A model generated the notes under the pieces. It had not been told where the DNA came from. It searched no databases and saw only the letters and a program-made list of their open reading frames with translations. The position numbers and the translations under genes are program-made. From Candidatus Gottesmanbacteria bacterium (lineage in GTDB: Bacteria; Patescibacteriota; Microgenomatia; UBA10105; UBA927): a stretch of 64,000 nt of DNA. The stretch is from assembly GCA_963701185.1 (NCBI GenBank), contig OY969569.1:181735-245734 (forward strand). The letters are read 5' to 3'. Shown piece after piece: positions 54,643 through 63,484 of the stretch. Position 1 is the first letter of the stretch, and each line of letters opens with the position of its first letter.

Positions 54643-55053
54643 TTATGTACGACTGGTATGTTGCCACGCGTAATTTACAATAATATTACGCGTTGTTTTC
54701 AATGCATTAGCCTGAAAAATTTTATGATGCTTTTCCGCCCAATGAATACTTGCATCAATATGTAATTGTAAATGTTCTTTTGTCAGACCAGGTGTTCCTG
54801 CAAGACTTTTTAATGCCCACATAATTGCTGTTTCTTCAAGTGCTGTATTAACATCTTTTTGTAAAGCATCAACAATTTCTTGAGCTTGAAGAATCTGTTC
54901 ATCAGTTTTTGCGTCAGAAAGGGACGTTACTCGAAAGGAACCCTCTGGAACGAACACGTCACTGGTAAATTTCAACGTAGTTCCAGCCATCGTGCCCGGA
55001 TCTGGAACCGTTTCGTGCGTCATATAAGGAACGAGTATATCAAAATAACTCAT
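54643..55053 (-). CDS. hypothetical protein (only minus-strand gene inside the dcw cluster)
   Basis: This 136-aa protein has no recognisable motif. It has lower GC than the flanking ftsI/murE and fills the ftsI-murE gap. Confidence 0.35.
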   Translation of the reverse strand: MSYFDILVPYMTHETVPDPGTMAGTTLKFTSDVFVPEGSFRVTSLSDAKTDEQILQAQEIVDALQKDVNTALEETAIMWALKSLAGTPGLTKEHLQLHIDASIHWAEKHHKIFQANALKTTRNIIVNYAWQHTSRT

Positions 55054-55080
55054 TTTGTCAAAAATGCTATAATTACTATC

Positions 55081-56256
55081 ATGCTACGAAGCCTTAAAGG
55101 GCTCTACCATCTACTACTCGCGATCGCGGCTAATGTGTGGTACGGATTCCCCAGCCGGAAGATTACGGTGATCGGCGTGACGGGGACGGACGGCAAAACC
55201 ACGACGACCACGCTTATTTACGAAATTCTCAAGGCTGCCGAATACAAAGCGTCGATGATTACCTCTGTTCACGCTATCATTGCCGGTAAAACCTATGACA
55301 CCGGGTTTCATGTCACAACCCCCAGCCCGTTCTGGGTACAGAAATATCTGAAAGAAGCGGCCGAACACGGGGACACGCACATGGTCCTTGAGGTGACGTC
55401 GCATGCACTCTCCCAATACCGCGTGTTCGGCGTGAATTTTGCCGTCGGCGTTATTACTAACGTCACGCACGAACATCTTGATTGGCACCGGACGTTTGAG
55501 CACTACCTTGTCACAAAACTCTCCCTTTTAACCCGCGCGGGAATCGCCGTCGTGAACCGTGATGAGGCGGAATTGTATACCCGTGCCAGTCCGCTTCTCC
55601 GCCGGAAAACTCTTATTACGTACGGTATACGCAGGGAGGCAAAAATAACGCCTCAATCATATCCGTTTTCCACACAGCTTCCCGGAGAGTTTAACCAATA
55701 TAATTGTTTAGCTGCCCTTGCGGTTGCGTATGCGCTCAAAATTCCCAAAAAAATCGCGCGGGAGGCTGTAGGGGCCTTTACCGGCGTACCGGGCCGGATG
55801 GAAATTGTTAATCTCAAGCCGTTTACGGTCATTGTGGATTTTGCCCATACGCCCAACGCAATCGATCGGGCACTCAAGACTGCACGGGAGAGCGCTAAAA
55901 AACGGTTGATTCATGTGTTCGGCAGCGCCGGTCTTCGCGATGTCACCAAGCGGCCGCTGATGGGGAAGGCATCAGCAAGATATGCGGACATCATTATCCT
56001 TACCGAAGAAGATTACCGTACGGAGAACGTGGAGACGATTATGGATGAGATCGTCTCAGGCGTGGACCCTGGTCCGCAGATGTACCGGTTTCCCAACCGT
56101 CAAAAGGCCATTGATTTTGCCGTAAAACTTGCCCAACCGCGCGATGTTATTATTATTACGGGGAAAGGCCACGAACGGAGTCTTGCCCGCGGGCGCCGCG
56201 AGTACCCATGGAGTGATAAGGAAGCGGTAAAAAAGGCATTAAAATTATTATCATGA
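55081..56256 (+). CDS. murE: UDP-N-acetylmuramoyl-L-alanyl-D-glutamate--2,6-diaminopimelate (or L-Lys) ligase, N-terminal domain lacking
   Basis: GVTGTDGKTTTT (P-loop), GVITNVTHEHLDWHRTFEHY (MurE: GVITNISRDHLDYHG.MEHY), FGSAGLRDVTKRPLMG...ADIIILTEEDYRTE (MurE: FGCGGDRDKGKRPLMG..AD.V.VT.DNPRTE). Only about 30 aa precede the P-loop, where about 80 is usual. Confidence 0.7.
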   Translation: MLRSLKGLYHLLLAIAANVWYGFPSRKITVIGVTGTDGKTTTTTLIYEILKAAEYKASMITSVHAIIAGKTYDTGFHVTTPSPFWVQKYLKEAAEHGDTHMVLEVTSHALSQYRVFGVNFAVGVITNVTHEHLDWHRTFEHYLVTKLSLLTRAGIAVVNRDEAELYTRASPLLRRKTLITYGIRREAKITPQSYPFSTQLPGEFNQYNCLAALAVAYALKIPKKIAREAVGAFTGVPGRMEIVNLKPFTVIVDFAHTPNAIDRALKTARESAKKRLIHVFGSAGLRDVTKRPLMGKASARYADIIILTEEDYRTENVETIMDEIVSGVDPGPQMYRFPNRQKAIDFAVKLAQPRDVIIITGKGHERSLARGRREYPWSDKEAVKKALKLLS

Positions 56257-56891
56257 TTCAATCACCGTTATTGTTGAAGTTGGGAATAGTTCACTGGTAT
56301 GACGACCGTCATACAAAACTCAATACGGAAATAGCGGTACCGCAGCAGATACACGGGACTCGGATTGCGGTTGTTACGAAAAAGGATCAGGGAAAAACTA
56401 TTCCCGGTGTTGATGGTCTGGTGTCAAAAGATATTGCGATCGGTGTTTCATTCGCGGATTGCGTGCCGATTCTGGCTGTCGATCCTAAGGCAAAAATTAT
56501 CGGTACTGCTCATGCCGGTTGGAAAGGCACACTTCACGGGATTGCCCGGGAACTTATTCTTACCATGACAAACGCAGGAGCAGATGTGAAAAATATTTAT
56601 ATTTCCATCGGCCCGCACATCGGCATGTGCTGTTATAACGTACCGGATGAACGGGCACGCGTCTTTCAAAAACAATTCGGCACGGATGAGAAAATCGCCG
56701 CGCGGATAGACGGCGATTGGCATGTGGACATCGGGTATGTAAATTATCTGCAGTTGTTGAAAGCCGGCATTGCAAAAGAACATATTGATGCTCCGCCATC
56801 GTGTACATCGTGCCAGGTGGCAGAGTTTCATTCGTTCAGGAAGGATTCGAAGGACACATTCGGGGTACAGTTAGGAGTAATTTCACTATGA
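56253..56891 (+). CDS. pgeF: peptidoglycan editing factor PgeF / YfiH-family (Cu-oxidase_4, purine nucleoside phosphorylase-like) protein
   Basis: GVSFADCVPIL, AHAGWKGT, GPHIGMCCY, and a C-terminal SC motif; the His/Cys/His triad positions are conserved. Confidence 0.8.
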   Translation: MIQSPLLLKLGIVHWYDDRHTKLNTEIAVPQQIHGTRIAVVTKKDQGKTIPGVDGLVSKDIAIGVSFADCVPILAVDPKAKIIGTAHAGWKGTLHGIARELILTMTNAGADVKNIYISIGPHIGMCCYNVPDERARVFQKQFGTDEKIAARIDGDWHVDIGYVNYLQLLKAGIAKEHIDAPPSCTSCQVAEFHSFRKDSKDTFGVQLGVISL

Positions 56892-58192
56892 AACGTATAC
56901 ATTTTGTCGGAATTAAAGGGGTGGCCATGGCCGCACTTGCCGTGTGGTACAAAGAAGCGGGGTATATCGTGACGGGGTCGGATGTGACGGATGAGTTTCC
57001 GACAGACGAAGTGCTTGCTAAAGCAAAAATTTCAGTATTGGTTTTTGATCCGAAGAATATTGCACGAAGTAAACCTGACCTCGTTATCTATACCGGCGCC
57101 CACGGCGGACGGGAAAACGCTGAGGTAGTTGAAGCTCTGGCGCAAAAAATTCCGGCAATCCCGCACGGGAAAGCGTTGGGACTTGTTATGGCGGAAAAAA
57201 AACAAGTGTCGGTTGCCGGCAGTCACGGGAAAACCACGACCACCGCCATGATTGCGACAATTTTGGCCAGTGCGGGGTACGACCCGTCGTGGGCAATCGG
57301 CTGCGGGGAGATCCGCGGGCTGGGGCTACCGGGGCATTTCGGAAAAGGAAAAATATTTGTCGCAGAAGCAGATGAGTATGTCACGGATCCCGGCCACGAC
57401 CTGACGCCGCGATTTTTATGGCAGCACCCGGATATACTTGTTGAAACGAATATCGATTGGGATCATCCTGATGTGTATGCGTCTTTGGCCGACGTACAAG
57501 CAGCATTTACCGCACTTGAGGGTCAATCGAAAGTCATTATTACCCAAAAAGATTTTCAGGTGACGCGTGTTGCATTCGGGCAGGAACGGACGTTTTTTTC
57601 GCTCGAACAGAACGGAATGAAGCTCGGCGATTTTACCCTCAAAGTTCCAGGAATTCATAATGCCAGGAATGCCGCCGCAGCAGTGATTGCGTGCAGTCAA
57701 CTGGGAGTTCCGCGGGATAAAATTTCAGAGGGTCTTCTTTTGTTTGGCGGAACAAAGCGGAGATTTGAATACATCGGGACCGTAAACGGCGCCAAAATCA
57801 TTGACGATTATGCACATCATCCGAATGAAATAAAAGCAACTCTCGCTGCGGCACGGGAGTGGTATCCGAAACAAAAGATCATCGTTGTTTTCCAGCCGCA
57901 TACCTATTCCAGAACGAAGGCACTCCTTCACGGTTTTTCAAAAGCGTTCGCGGATGCAAGCATGGTGCTCTTAACGGATATTTATTCGTCCGCCCGTGAG
58001 ACGAGCGACTTGGGGATTACCGGAAAAACACTTGTGGAGGAAACGGCAAAACATCACCCGAACGTTTTGTACGCACCCGATTTTCCCGCGGTACAGAACA
58101 TACTTCATACACAGATGCAGGCAGGAGATATAATAGTATTTATGGGCGCGGGAGATATTTATGGTTGGAGTAAAAGATTTATTGAAAAATGA
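56888..58192 (+). CDS. murC: UDP-N-acetylmuramate--L-alanine ligase
   Basis: MKRIHFVGIKGVAMAALAVWYKEAGYIVTGSDV (MurC N-terminus), GSHGKTTTTAMIATIL, DEYV..D...H, FGG.KRRFE. Confidence 0.9.
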   Translation: MKRIHFVGIKGVAMAALAVWYKEAGYIVTGSDVTDEFPTDEVLAKAKISVLVFDPKNIARSKPDLVIYTGAHGGRENAEVVEALAQKIPAIPHGKALGLVMAEKKQVSVAGSHGKTTTTAMIATILASAGYDPSWAIGCGEIRGLGLPGHFGKGKIFVAEADEYVTDPGHDLTPRFLWQHPDILVETNIDWDHPDVYASLADVQAAFTALEGQSKVIITQKDFQVTRVAFGQERTFFSLEQNGMKLGDFTLKVPGIHNARNAAAAVIACSQLGVPRDKISEGLLLFGGTKRRFEYIGTVNGAKIIDDYAHHPNEIKATLAAAREWYPKQKIIVVFQPHTYSRTKALLHGFSKAFADASMVLLTDIYSSARETSDLGITGKTLVEETAKHHPNVLYAPDFPAVQNILHTQMQAGDIIVFMGAGDIYGWSKRFIEK

Positions 58193-59117
58193 GCCGTTAG
58201 GCAGGCATACAACCTTCAAAGTCGGAGGACCAGCCGATTATTTTTATGATGCGAAAACGGTAGACGACTTCGTTGGTGCAATTTTACTCGGACGAAAACG
58301 CGGCCTGCCAATTTTTATTCTGGGCGGCGGGACCAATATTCTTGTCGGCGACCGCGGCATACGTGGATTTGTCATAAAAAACAGCACAGGTGCCATACGG
58401 ATTAAAGGAATGAAGGGAACGGTAACGGGCGGAACTGCTAAGAAAGGCTTGGTATTTGTGGAGGCCGAGAGCGGCGTCGCGTTTAACTCGCTGGTCCGTT
58501 TTACCGTTGAAGAAGGGCTTTCCGGGCTGGAAATGCATCTGGGATTGCCCGGTTCCGTGGGCGGCGCACTATGTATGAACTCCAAATGGACTCACCCTGT
58601 GGGGTATGTGGGTGACGCGGTGTATCAGGCGGAACTATTAACTCCGGAAAATAAACGTGTCACGGTGCCCCAATCCTATTTCCATTTCGGGTATGACGCC
58701 AGCAGTATCCAGAAAACCAATGACATCGTCCTCAAAGTGGTTTTTGCCCTGGGCACCGATACCAAAGAACGTTTATGGAAGATTGCCAACGAAAGCATCG
58801 GCTACCGCAGAGAGACACAGCCGCAGGGGGTATTCACGGCAGGGTGTGCATTTAAAAATATTTCCGAAGCGCAAGCAATATCCCTGCCAACGCCCAACCA
58901 GACAAAATCCGCAGGATTTCTCATTGATCATGCCGGGCTTAAAGGAACGCGTGTGGGTGACGCTGAAATATCGTCTGTACACGCTAACTTCATCGTCAAC
59001 CGGGGGAGTGCTACGGCCCGCGACGTGGTACAATTATTAGAGCTTGTCAGAGGAAAAGTCAAAGAAAAATTTGGTGTGACGCTGGAGGAGGAAATAATCC
59101 GCGTAGGGGAGTTTTAG
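58161..59117 (+). CDS. murB: UDP-N-acetylenolpyruvoylglucosamine reductase
   Basis: LLKNEPLGRHTTFKVGGPADYFYDAKTVDDFV...LPIFILGGGTNILV (FAD-binding domain), and C-terminal GSVFKNP-like region (AGCAFKNI). Confidence 0.85.
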   Translation: MVGVKDLLKNEPLGRHTTFKVGGPADYFYDAKTVDDFVGAILLGRKRGLPIFILGGGTNILVGDRGIRGFVIKNSTGAIRIKGMKGTVTGGTAKKGLVFVEAESGVAFNSLVRFTVEEGLSGLEMHLGLPGSVGGALCMNSKWTHPVGYVGDAVYQAELLTPENKRVTVPQSYFHFGYDASSIQKTNDIVLKVVFALGTDTKERLWKIANESIGYRRETQPQGVFTAGCAFKNISEAQAISLPTPNQTKSAGFLIDHAGLKGTRVGDAEISSVHANFIVNRGSATARDVVQLLELVRGKVKEKFGVTLEEEIIRVGEF

Positions 59118-60444
59118 ATGGATAAGTTTATTATTACCGGAGGCGTGCCGCTGAAAGGCGAAATTGCCGTTGCAGGGGCCAAAAACGTTGCACTCAAAAT
59201 TCTAGTCGCGTCTCTTTTGACGGACGAGGAGATGGTTATCCGGAACGTACCGGACATCCGTGATGTCGCTCTTATGCTGGAAGTTTTGGGAGCGTTGGGC
59301 GTCAGGTACCGCCGTGAAGGTCACACCATTCACGTCACTCATAATCACATCCGTAACGCGAAGGTTCCGCTGGATGTTGCGGCGCACCTGCGCACATCCT
59401 CAATGGTATTGGGTCCGCTGTTGGCCCGGTACGGAGCGGGTACAACACCGAATCCCGGAGGCTGCCGGCTGGGCGCGCGGCCTATTGACCGGCACGTGAG
59501 CGCCCTCAAAGACATGGGTGCGGATATTACGTACCATTCGGACGACGGATATTTTTATGCAAAAACAAAAGAACTTCATGGCGCGACGATACGTTTTCCC
59601 AAAAATACCCATACAGGCACGGAAACGATCCTCTTGGCTGCAGTCCTTGCTCGGGGGCAAACGATTCTTGAAAACGCTGCGGAGGAGGTGGAAATTGATG
59701 ATTTGATTGCCTGCTTAAATACAATGGGTGCGCGTATCCTCCGGACGCATCCTCGGACCATCGTTATTGACGGGGTACCGTCACTGCACGGAACTGAGTA
59801 TTCGATCATGCCCGACCGCAATGAAGAGGTCACGTTTGCAATAGCAGCTATCATGACAGGAGGAGATATTGTTATAAAAAATTCATCCAGGGCTAATTTG
59901 GATGCATTTCTTTCACATTTTGACGGACATTACCAATCTATTGACAACACAACAACACGATATTTTTCTGACGGTCAGATACATGCAACAAACATCGTCA
60001 CCGGGCCGCATCCGGGATTTATGACCGACTGGCAGGCTCCCTGGGCAGTACTCATGACACAGGCCCGCGGGATGTCGACCATTCACGAAACCGTATTTGA
60101 AAGCAGATTTTCCTATGTGTCGGAGTTGAAAAAAATGGGCGCGCATATAGAATTTTTTGATCCGGCGGTCGAGTAATCCCGAAGCATTTTATAATTTTAA
60201 CTGGGCCGACCGCGTCCCCGGGTACCATCAGGGAATTAAAATTACGGGACCGACGGCATTGCACAATGCGGTATTGGAGATTAATGACCTGCGTGCGGGC
60301 GCGACGCTTGTGTTGGCCGCCCTCGCAGCCCCGGGAGAAAGCGTCGTCCATGGCGTCGAGCAGGTTGACCGCGGATATGAGAAAATAGAAGAACGGCTAC
60401 GGGCATTGGGCGCCCGAATCAGGCGCGTTACGGAGGAATCATGA
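59118..60444 (+). CDS. murA: UDP-N-acetylglucosamine 1-carboxyvinyltransferase, interrupted by a +1 frame change at 60153-60158
   Basis: MDKFIITGGVPLKGEIAVAGAKNVALKILVASLL (E. coli [34 protein letters not shown]). Frame 0 ends ...ETVFESRFSYVSELKKMGAHIEFFDPAVE* at 60176. Frame 1 continues ...GIKITGPTALHNAVLEINDLRAGATLVLAALAAPGESVVHGVEQVDRGYEKIEERLRALGARIRRV, the MurA C-terminus. Removing one T from the T6 run joins them and gives a full-length MurA with a lineage-specific insertion of about 20 aa. Confidence 0.8.
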
Positions 60445-61724
60445 AACAAAAAAATCTTGTTGCGTTGCTTTTGGCAGGCGGTGTCGGGAAGCGGCTTTGG
60501 CCAATTAAGACCGGAAAATCGGTTTTTCCGTTTTTCGGCGGGACTGTCATTGAACATACGCTTGAGTCGCTTGCATCTGCAGGGGTGACACAGGCGGTTA
60601 TTGTGACGAATCCGCAGGACGTGCATGTGATACGGGGGATCAATGTCCCCGGAATGTCGCTGGACATTGTGGTTCAGGAGAATGCCGCGGGCATGGCGGA
60701 TGCGGTCCTTGCTGCAAAAGATGCCGTCGGCCGCCGGCCGTGCCTTATTCTGAACCCCGGTGACGTTGTGGACGATGTGTTATATGAAGGACTGGTAAAG
60801 GAAATGAATGATCACGACGCACTGGTGGTGGGGAAAAGAGTTGCTGCACATTTTCCGGGGGGATATCTGACGGTAGTCAATGACCGCCTTGTACATATTG
60901 TTGAAAAACCGGCGGCGGGTCAGGAACCATCGGATCTTGTCAATCTGGTTTTTCATTATTTTCCGGATCCCACGGATTTTTTCACAACGCTTGCGTCAAC
61001 GCAAAGTAAAAACGATGACGTGTATGAAAAGGCATTAGAGTCATATGCCGCGCTGCACACGGTCCGCGTGATTGCCTATACCGGTCCATGGCGGCCGATA
61101 AAATATCCGTGGCACGTACTGGGTGTTATGGATATGTTGTTGGGAGCCCTTGAATCGTACAAAGGGAAAAATGTGGAGATTAAAAAGAACGTGATTATTG
61201 AAGGCCCGGTCTATATAGAAGACGGAGTCAAAATCTTTGAAAATTCAAAGATTTTGGGCCCGTGTTACATCGGAAAAAATACCATTATCGGCAACAACTG
61301 CATGATCCGGGCCTCACATATAGGCGCAAACTGCGTGATCGGATTTAACTGTGACGTGACCCGAAGTTATGTCGGGAATAACTGCTGGCTCCACAGTAAT
61401 TATGTCGGCGATTCAGTTTTGGAAGGAAATATCAGTATGGGCGCAGGAGCGGCCCTTGCGAATCTCCGGTTGGACGACGCGGAAATTAAAGAAACCGGCC
61501 GTACCAAATTGGGGGCGATGATCGCTAGTGGAGTGAGAATCGGCGTGAATGCGTCCATTATGCCGGGTGTGAAGATCGGAAAAAATTCTTTTATCGGGTC
61601 GGGAGTAGTCCTTGATCGTGACATTCCTGATGATTCATTCTGTGCGGCAAAACCCGGTTACACGATTACGAAAAACAGAAAAACAGCTCCACCATCGCGC
61701 GAAGCGTTTAAAAAGAAAATTTAA
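60441..61724 (+). CDS. bifunctional sugar-1-phosphate nucleotidyltransferase / LbH acetyltransferase (GlmU-like)
   Basis: The N-terminus ALLLAGGVGKRLWPI (G-x-G-x-R NTP-transferase) is followed by a C-terminal run of hexapeptide repeats (IGKNTIIGNNCMIRASHIGANCVIGFNCDVTRSYVGNNCWLHSNYVGDSVLEGNISMGAG). Confidence 0.6.
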   Translation: MKQKNLVALLLAGGVGKRLWPIKTGKSVFPFFGGTVIEHTLESLASAGVTQAVIVTNPQDVHVIRGINVPGMSLDIVVQENAAGMADAVLAAKDAVGRRPCLILNPGDVVDDVLYEGLVKEMNDHDALVVGKRVAAHFPGGYLTVVNDRLVHIVEKPAAGQEPSDLVNLVFHYFPDPTDFFTTLASTQSKNDDVYEKALESYAALHTVRVIAYTGPWRPIKYPWHVLGVMDMLLGALESYKGKNVEIKKNVIIEGPVYIEDGVKIFENSKILGPCYIGKNTIIGNNCMIRASHIGANCVIGFNCDVTRSYVGNNCWLHSNYVGDSVLEGNISMGAGAALANLRLDDAEIKETGRTKLGAMIASGVRIGVNASIMPGVKIGKNSFIGSGVVLDRDIPDDSFCAAKPGYTITKNRKTAPPSREAFKKKI

Positions 61725-61728
61725 CTTC

Positions 61729-62451
61729 ATGAAACATCCGATTGTTATCTTACATGGGTGGGGATTGTCGGCGAAAACATTTGCGCCGCTTATTGCGCTT
61801 TTTCGCAGTCACGGGTTTCCGGTCTGGGCGCCGGACTTGCCGGGCTTTGGTAATACCAAGATCCCCCTCAAGCCGCTGGGCCTTTCCGATTATGTGAAAT
61901 TCCTTTCGGATTATATGCAGACCGAACGGATTGTCAATCCCATTGTTATCGCTCAATCGTTCGGCGGCAGGGTGGCGCTCAAATATCAGGCAACATACCC
62001 AGGCCGCATTCACGCACTGGTCTTGACCGGTACCCCGGGGTTTACCCCCGTTTCCAGGAAAAAAATAGTATTGTTCATAACAATCGCTAAAATAGGCAAA
62101 CTGTTTTTTTTGATCCCCTTTGTCAGTTTACTTCGCGATAGAGTGCGCAGCTGGTATTACTACGTTGTGGGCGCAAGAGACTATTACAGGGCCGAAGGCG
62201 TCATGCGGGAGACGTTTAAACGGATTGTTCGTGAGGAACTCGTTACCAGCATGAAGAAAGTTCATGTGCCGACGCTCCTTGTGTGGGGCGCCGATGATAT
62301 TATCATCCCCGTGTCTATTGCCCGGAAAATGAACAAAACCATCGAGAATTCAAAACTTATTGTTATACCGGACAGCGGTCACGGCGTTTCATACAAGAAT
62401 CCAAAAGAATTCTTCCGTTCGATCTATGATTTCTTGCGCTCTCTCACCTAA
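61729..62451 (+). CDS. alpha/beta-fold hydrolase
   Basis: MKHPIVILHGWGLSAKTF (HG oxyanion), VIAQSFGGRVAL (GxSxG nucleophile elbow), C-terminal D/H region (PDSGHG). ATG 61729; the track ORF 61612 is an upstream extension. Confidence 0.7.
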   Translation: MKHPIVILHGWGLSAKTFAPLIALFRSHGFPVWAPDLPGFGNTKIPLKPLGLSDYVKFLSDYMQTERIVNPIVIAQSFGGRVALKYQATYPGRIHALVLTGTPGFTPVSRKKIVLFITIAKIGKLFFLIPFVSLLRDRVRSWYYYVVGARDYYRAEGVMRETFKRIVREELVTSMKKVHVPTLLVWGADDIIIPVSIARKMNKTIENSKLIVIPDSGHGVSYKNPKEFFRSIYDFLRSLT

Positions 62452-63484
62452 TACTGAAGCAGATGATGTCTGGCTTGCGTTCAGGCTTCTTTTTGCGCCA
62501 TGGAAATGGAAACGCGGAAACGCGGTTCACTACGTTGAACAAAAGCTTGGCGGCATAGCATGTAACAGTGGACGGTCTGCCCTTCTTGCTATCCTCAAAG
62601 CGTTTGAAATCGGGAAAGGGAACGAAGTGATCGTTCAGGCGTTTACGTGCGTTGCCGTACCCAACAGCGTCCGTTGGGCTGGAGCCAGCGCTGTATTTGC
62701 AGATATTGACAACACATACAATATGGATCCGAAAGATTTTGAGAAAAAAATTACTCATAAAACAAAAGCAGTTATTGTCCAGCACACGTTCGGGATTCCT
62801 GCACGGGTTGAAGAAATTATTGCGATCGCACGAAAGCACAATATTCGGGTCATCGAGGATTTCGCCCATACCATGAGCATCCCGATGAAAGGAGACGCAG
62901 CGTTTTTCAGTTTCGGAAGAGACAAGGTCCTTTCAAGCGTTTTCGGCGGGGTCGCAGTAGGAGTCAATGTAAAAAAATACCAGAAAAATCTTGAATATCC
63001 GTCGTACGGATGGATTGCCCAACAACTTTTCCATCCCGTCGCTTTTGCAATTATATTGCCACTTTACAGAATCGGTATAGGGAAAGTAATCCTTGTTGGA
63101 TTGCAAAAATTACATTTTCTCTCATTCCCGCAAATTTCCGAAGTAAAAAAATATCCAAACGCCCTGGCGATATTACTGCTGAACCAGTTGAAAAAACTTG
63201 ACCGGTTTACGGCGCAACGATCACATGCAAGTAAAGTGTACGGGAAAGAATTTCCCTTTTTACGTTTTCCGGTATTGGTCGATGATCCACGCGCGACAAT
63301 ACAAAAATTTAAAAAACACGGAATACTTTTGGGAAATTGGTATCACAATGTCGTAGACCCAACACCGGTCGGATATAGAAAGGGCAGTTGTCCGAACGCA
63401 GAAAAAATTGCCGCGCATATTATAAATTTACCAACGCGTATATCCGTCAGTGACGCAGAAAGCGTATGGAAACATTTGTCGTAG
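62426..63484 (+). CDS. DegT/DnrJ/EryC1/StrS-family PLP aminotransferase (lysine retained)
   Basis: NSGRSALLAILKAFEIGKGNEVIVQAFTCVA, KAVIVQHTFGIPA, and FSFGRDKVLSSVFGG with the catalytic K in the SFxxxKxx[ST] position. Confidence 0.7.
   Translation: MISCALSPNTEADDVWLAFRLLFAPWKWKRGNAVHYVEQKLGGIACNSGRSALLAILKAFEIGKGNEVIVQAFTCVAVPNSVRWAGASAVFADIDNTYNMDPKDFEKKITHKTKAVIVQHTFGIPARVEEIIAIARKHNIRVIEDFAHTMSIPMKGDAAFFSFGRDKVLSSVFGGVAVGVNVKKYQKNLEYPSYGWIAQQLFHPVAFAIILPLYRIGIGKVILVGLQKLHFLSFPQISEVKKYPNALAILLLNQLKKLDRFTAQRSHASKVYGKEFPFLRFPVLVDDPRATIQKFKKHGILLGNWYHNVVDPTPVGYRKGSCPNAEKIAAHIINLPTRISVSDAESVWKHLS

Noticed and set aside
54632-54660. Possible intrinsic terminator after ftsI (cgtacttttatgtacg)
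   Set aside because: The stem is only 5 bp with no trailing U-tract. Too weak to call.
59118-60444. Interpreting murA as two genes, or as a decayed pseudogene implying loss of peptidoglycan synthesis
   Set aside because: Both halves are intact and collinear with MurA, and the rest of the Mur pathway is present. A single-base T-run discrepancy, also seen in ftsI, is more parsimonious.
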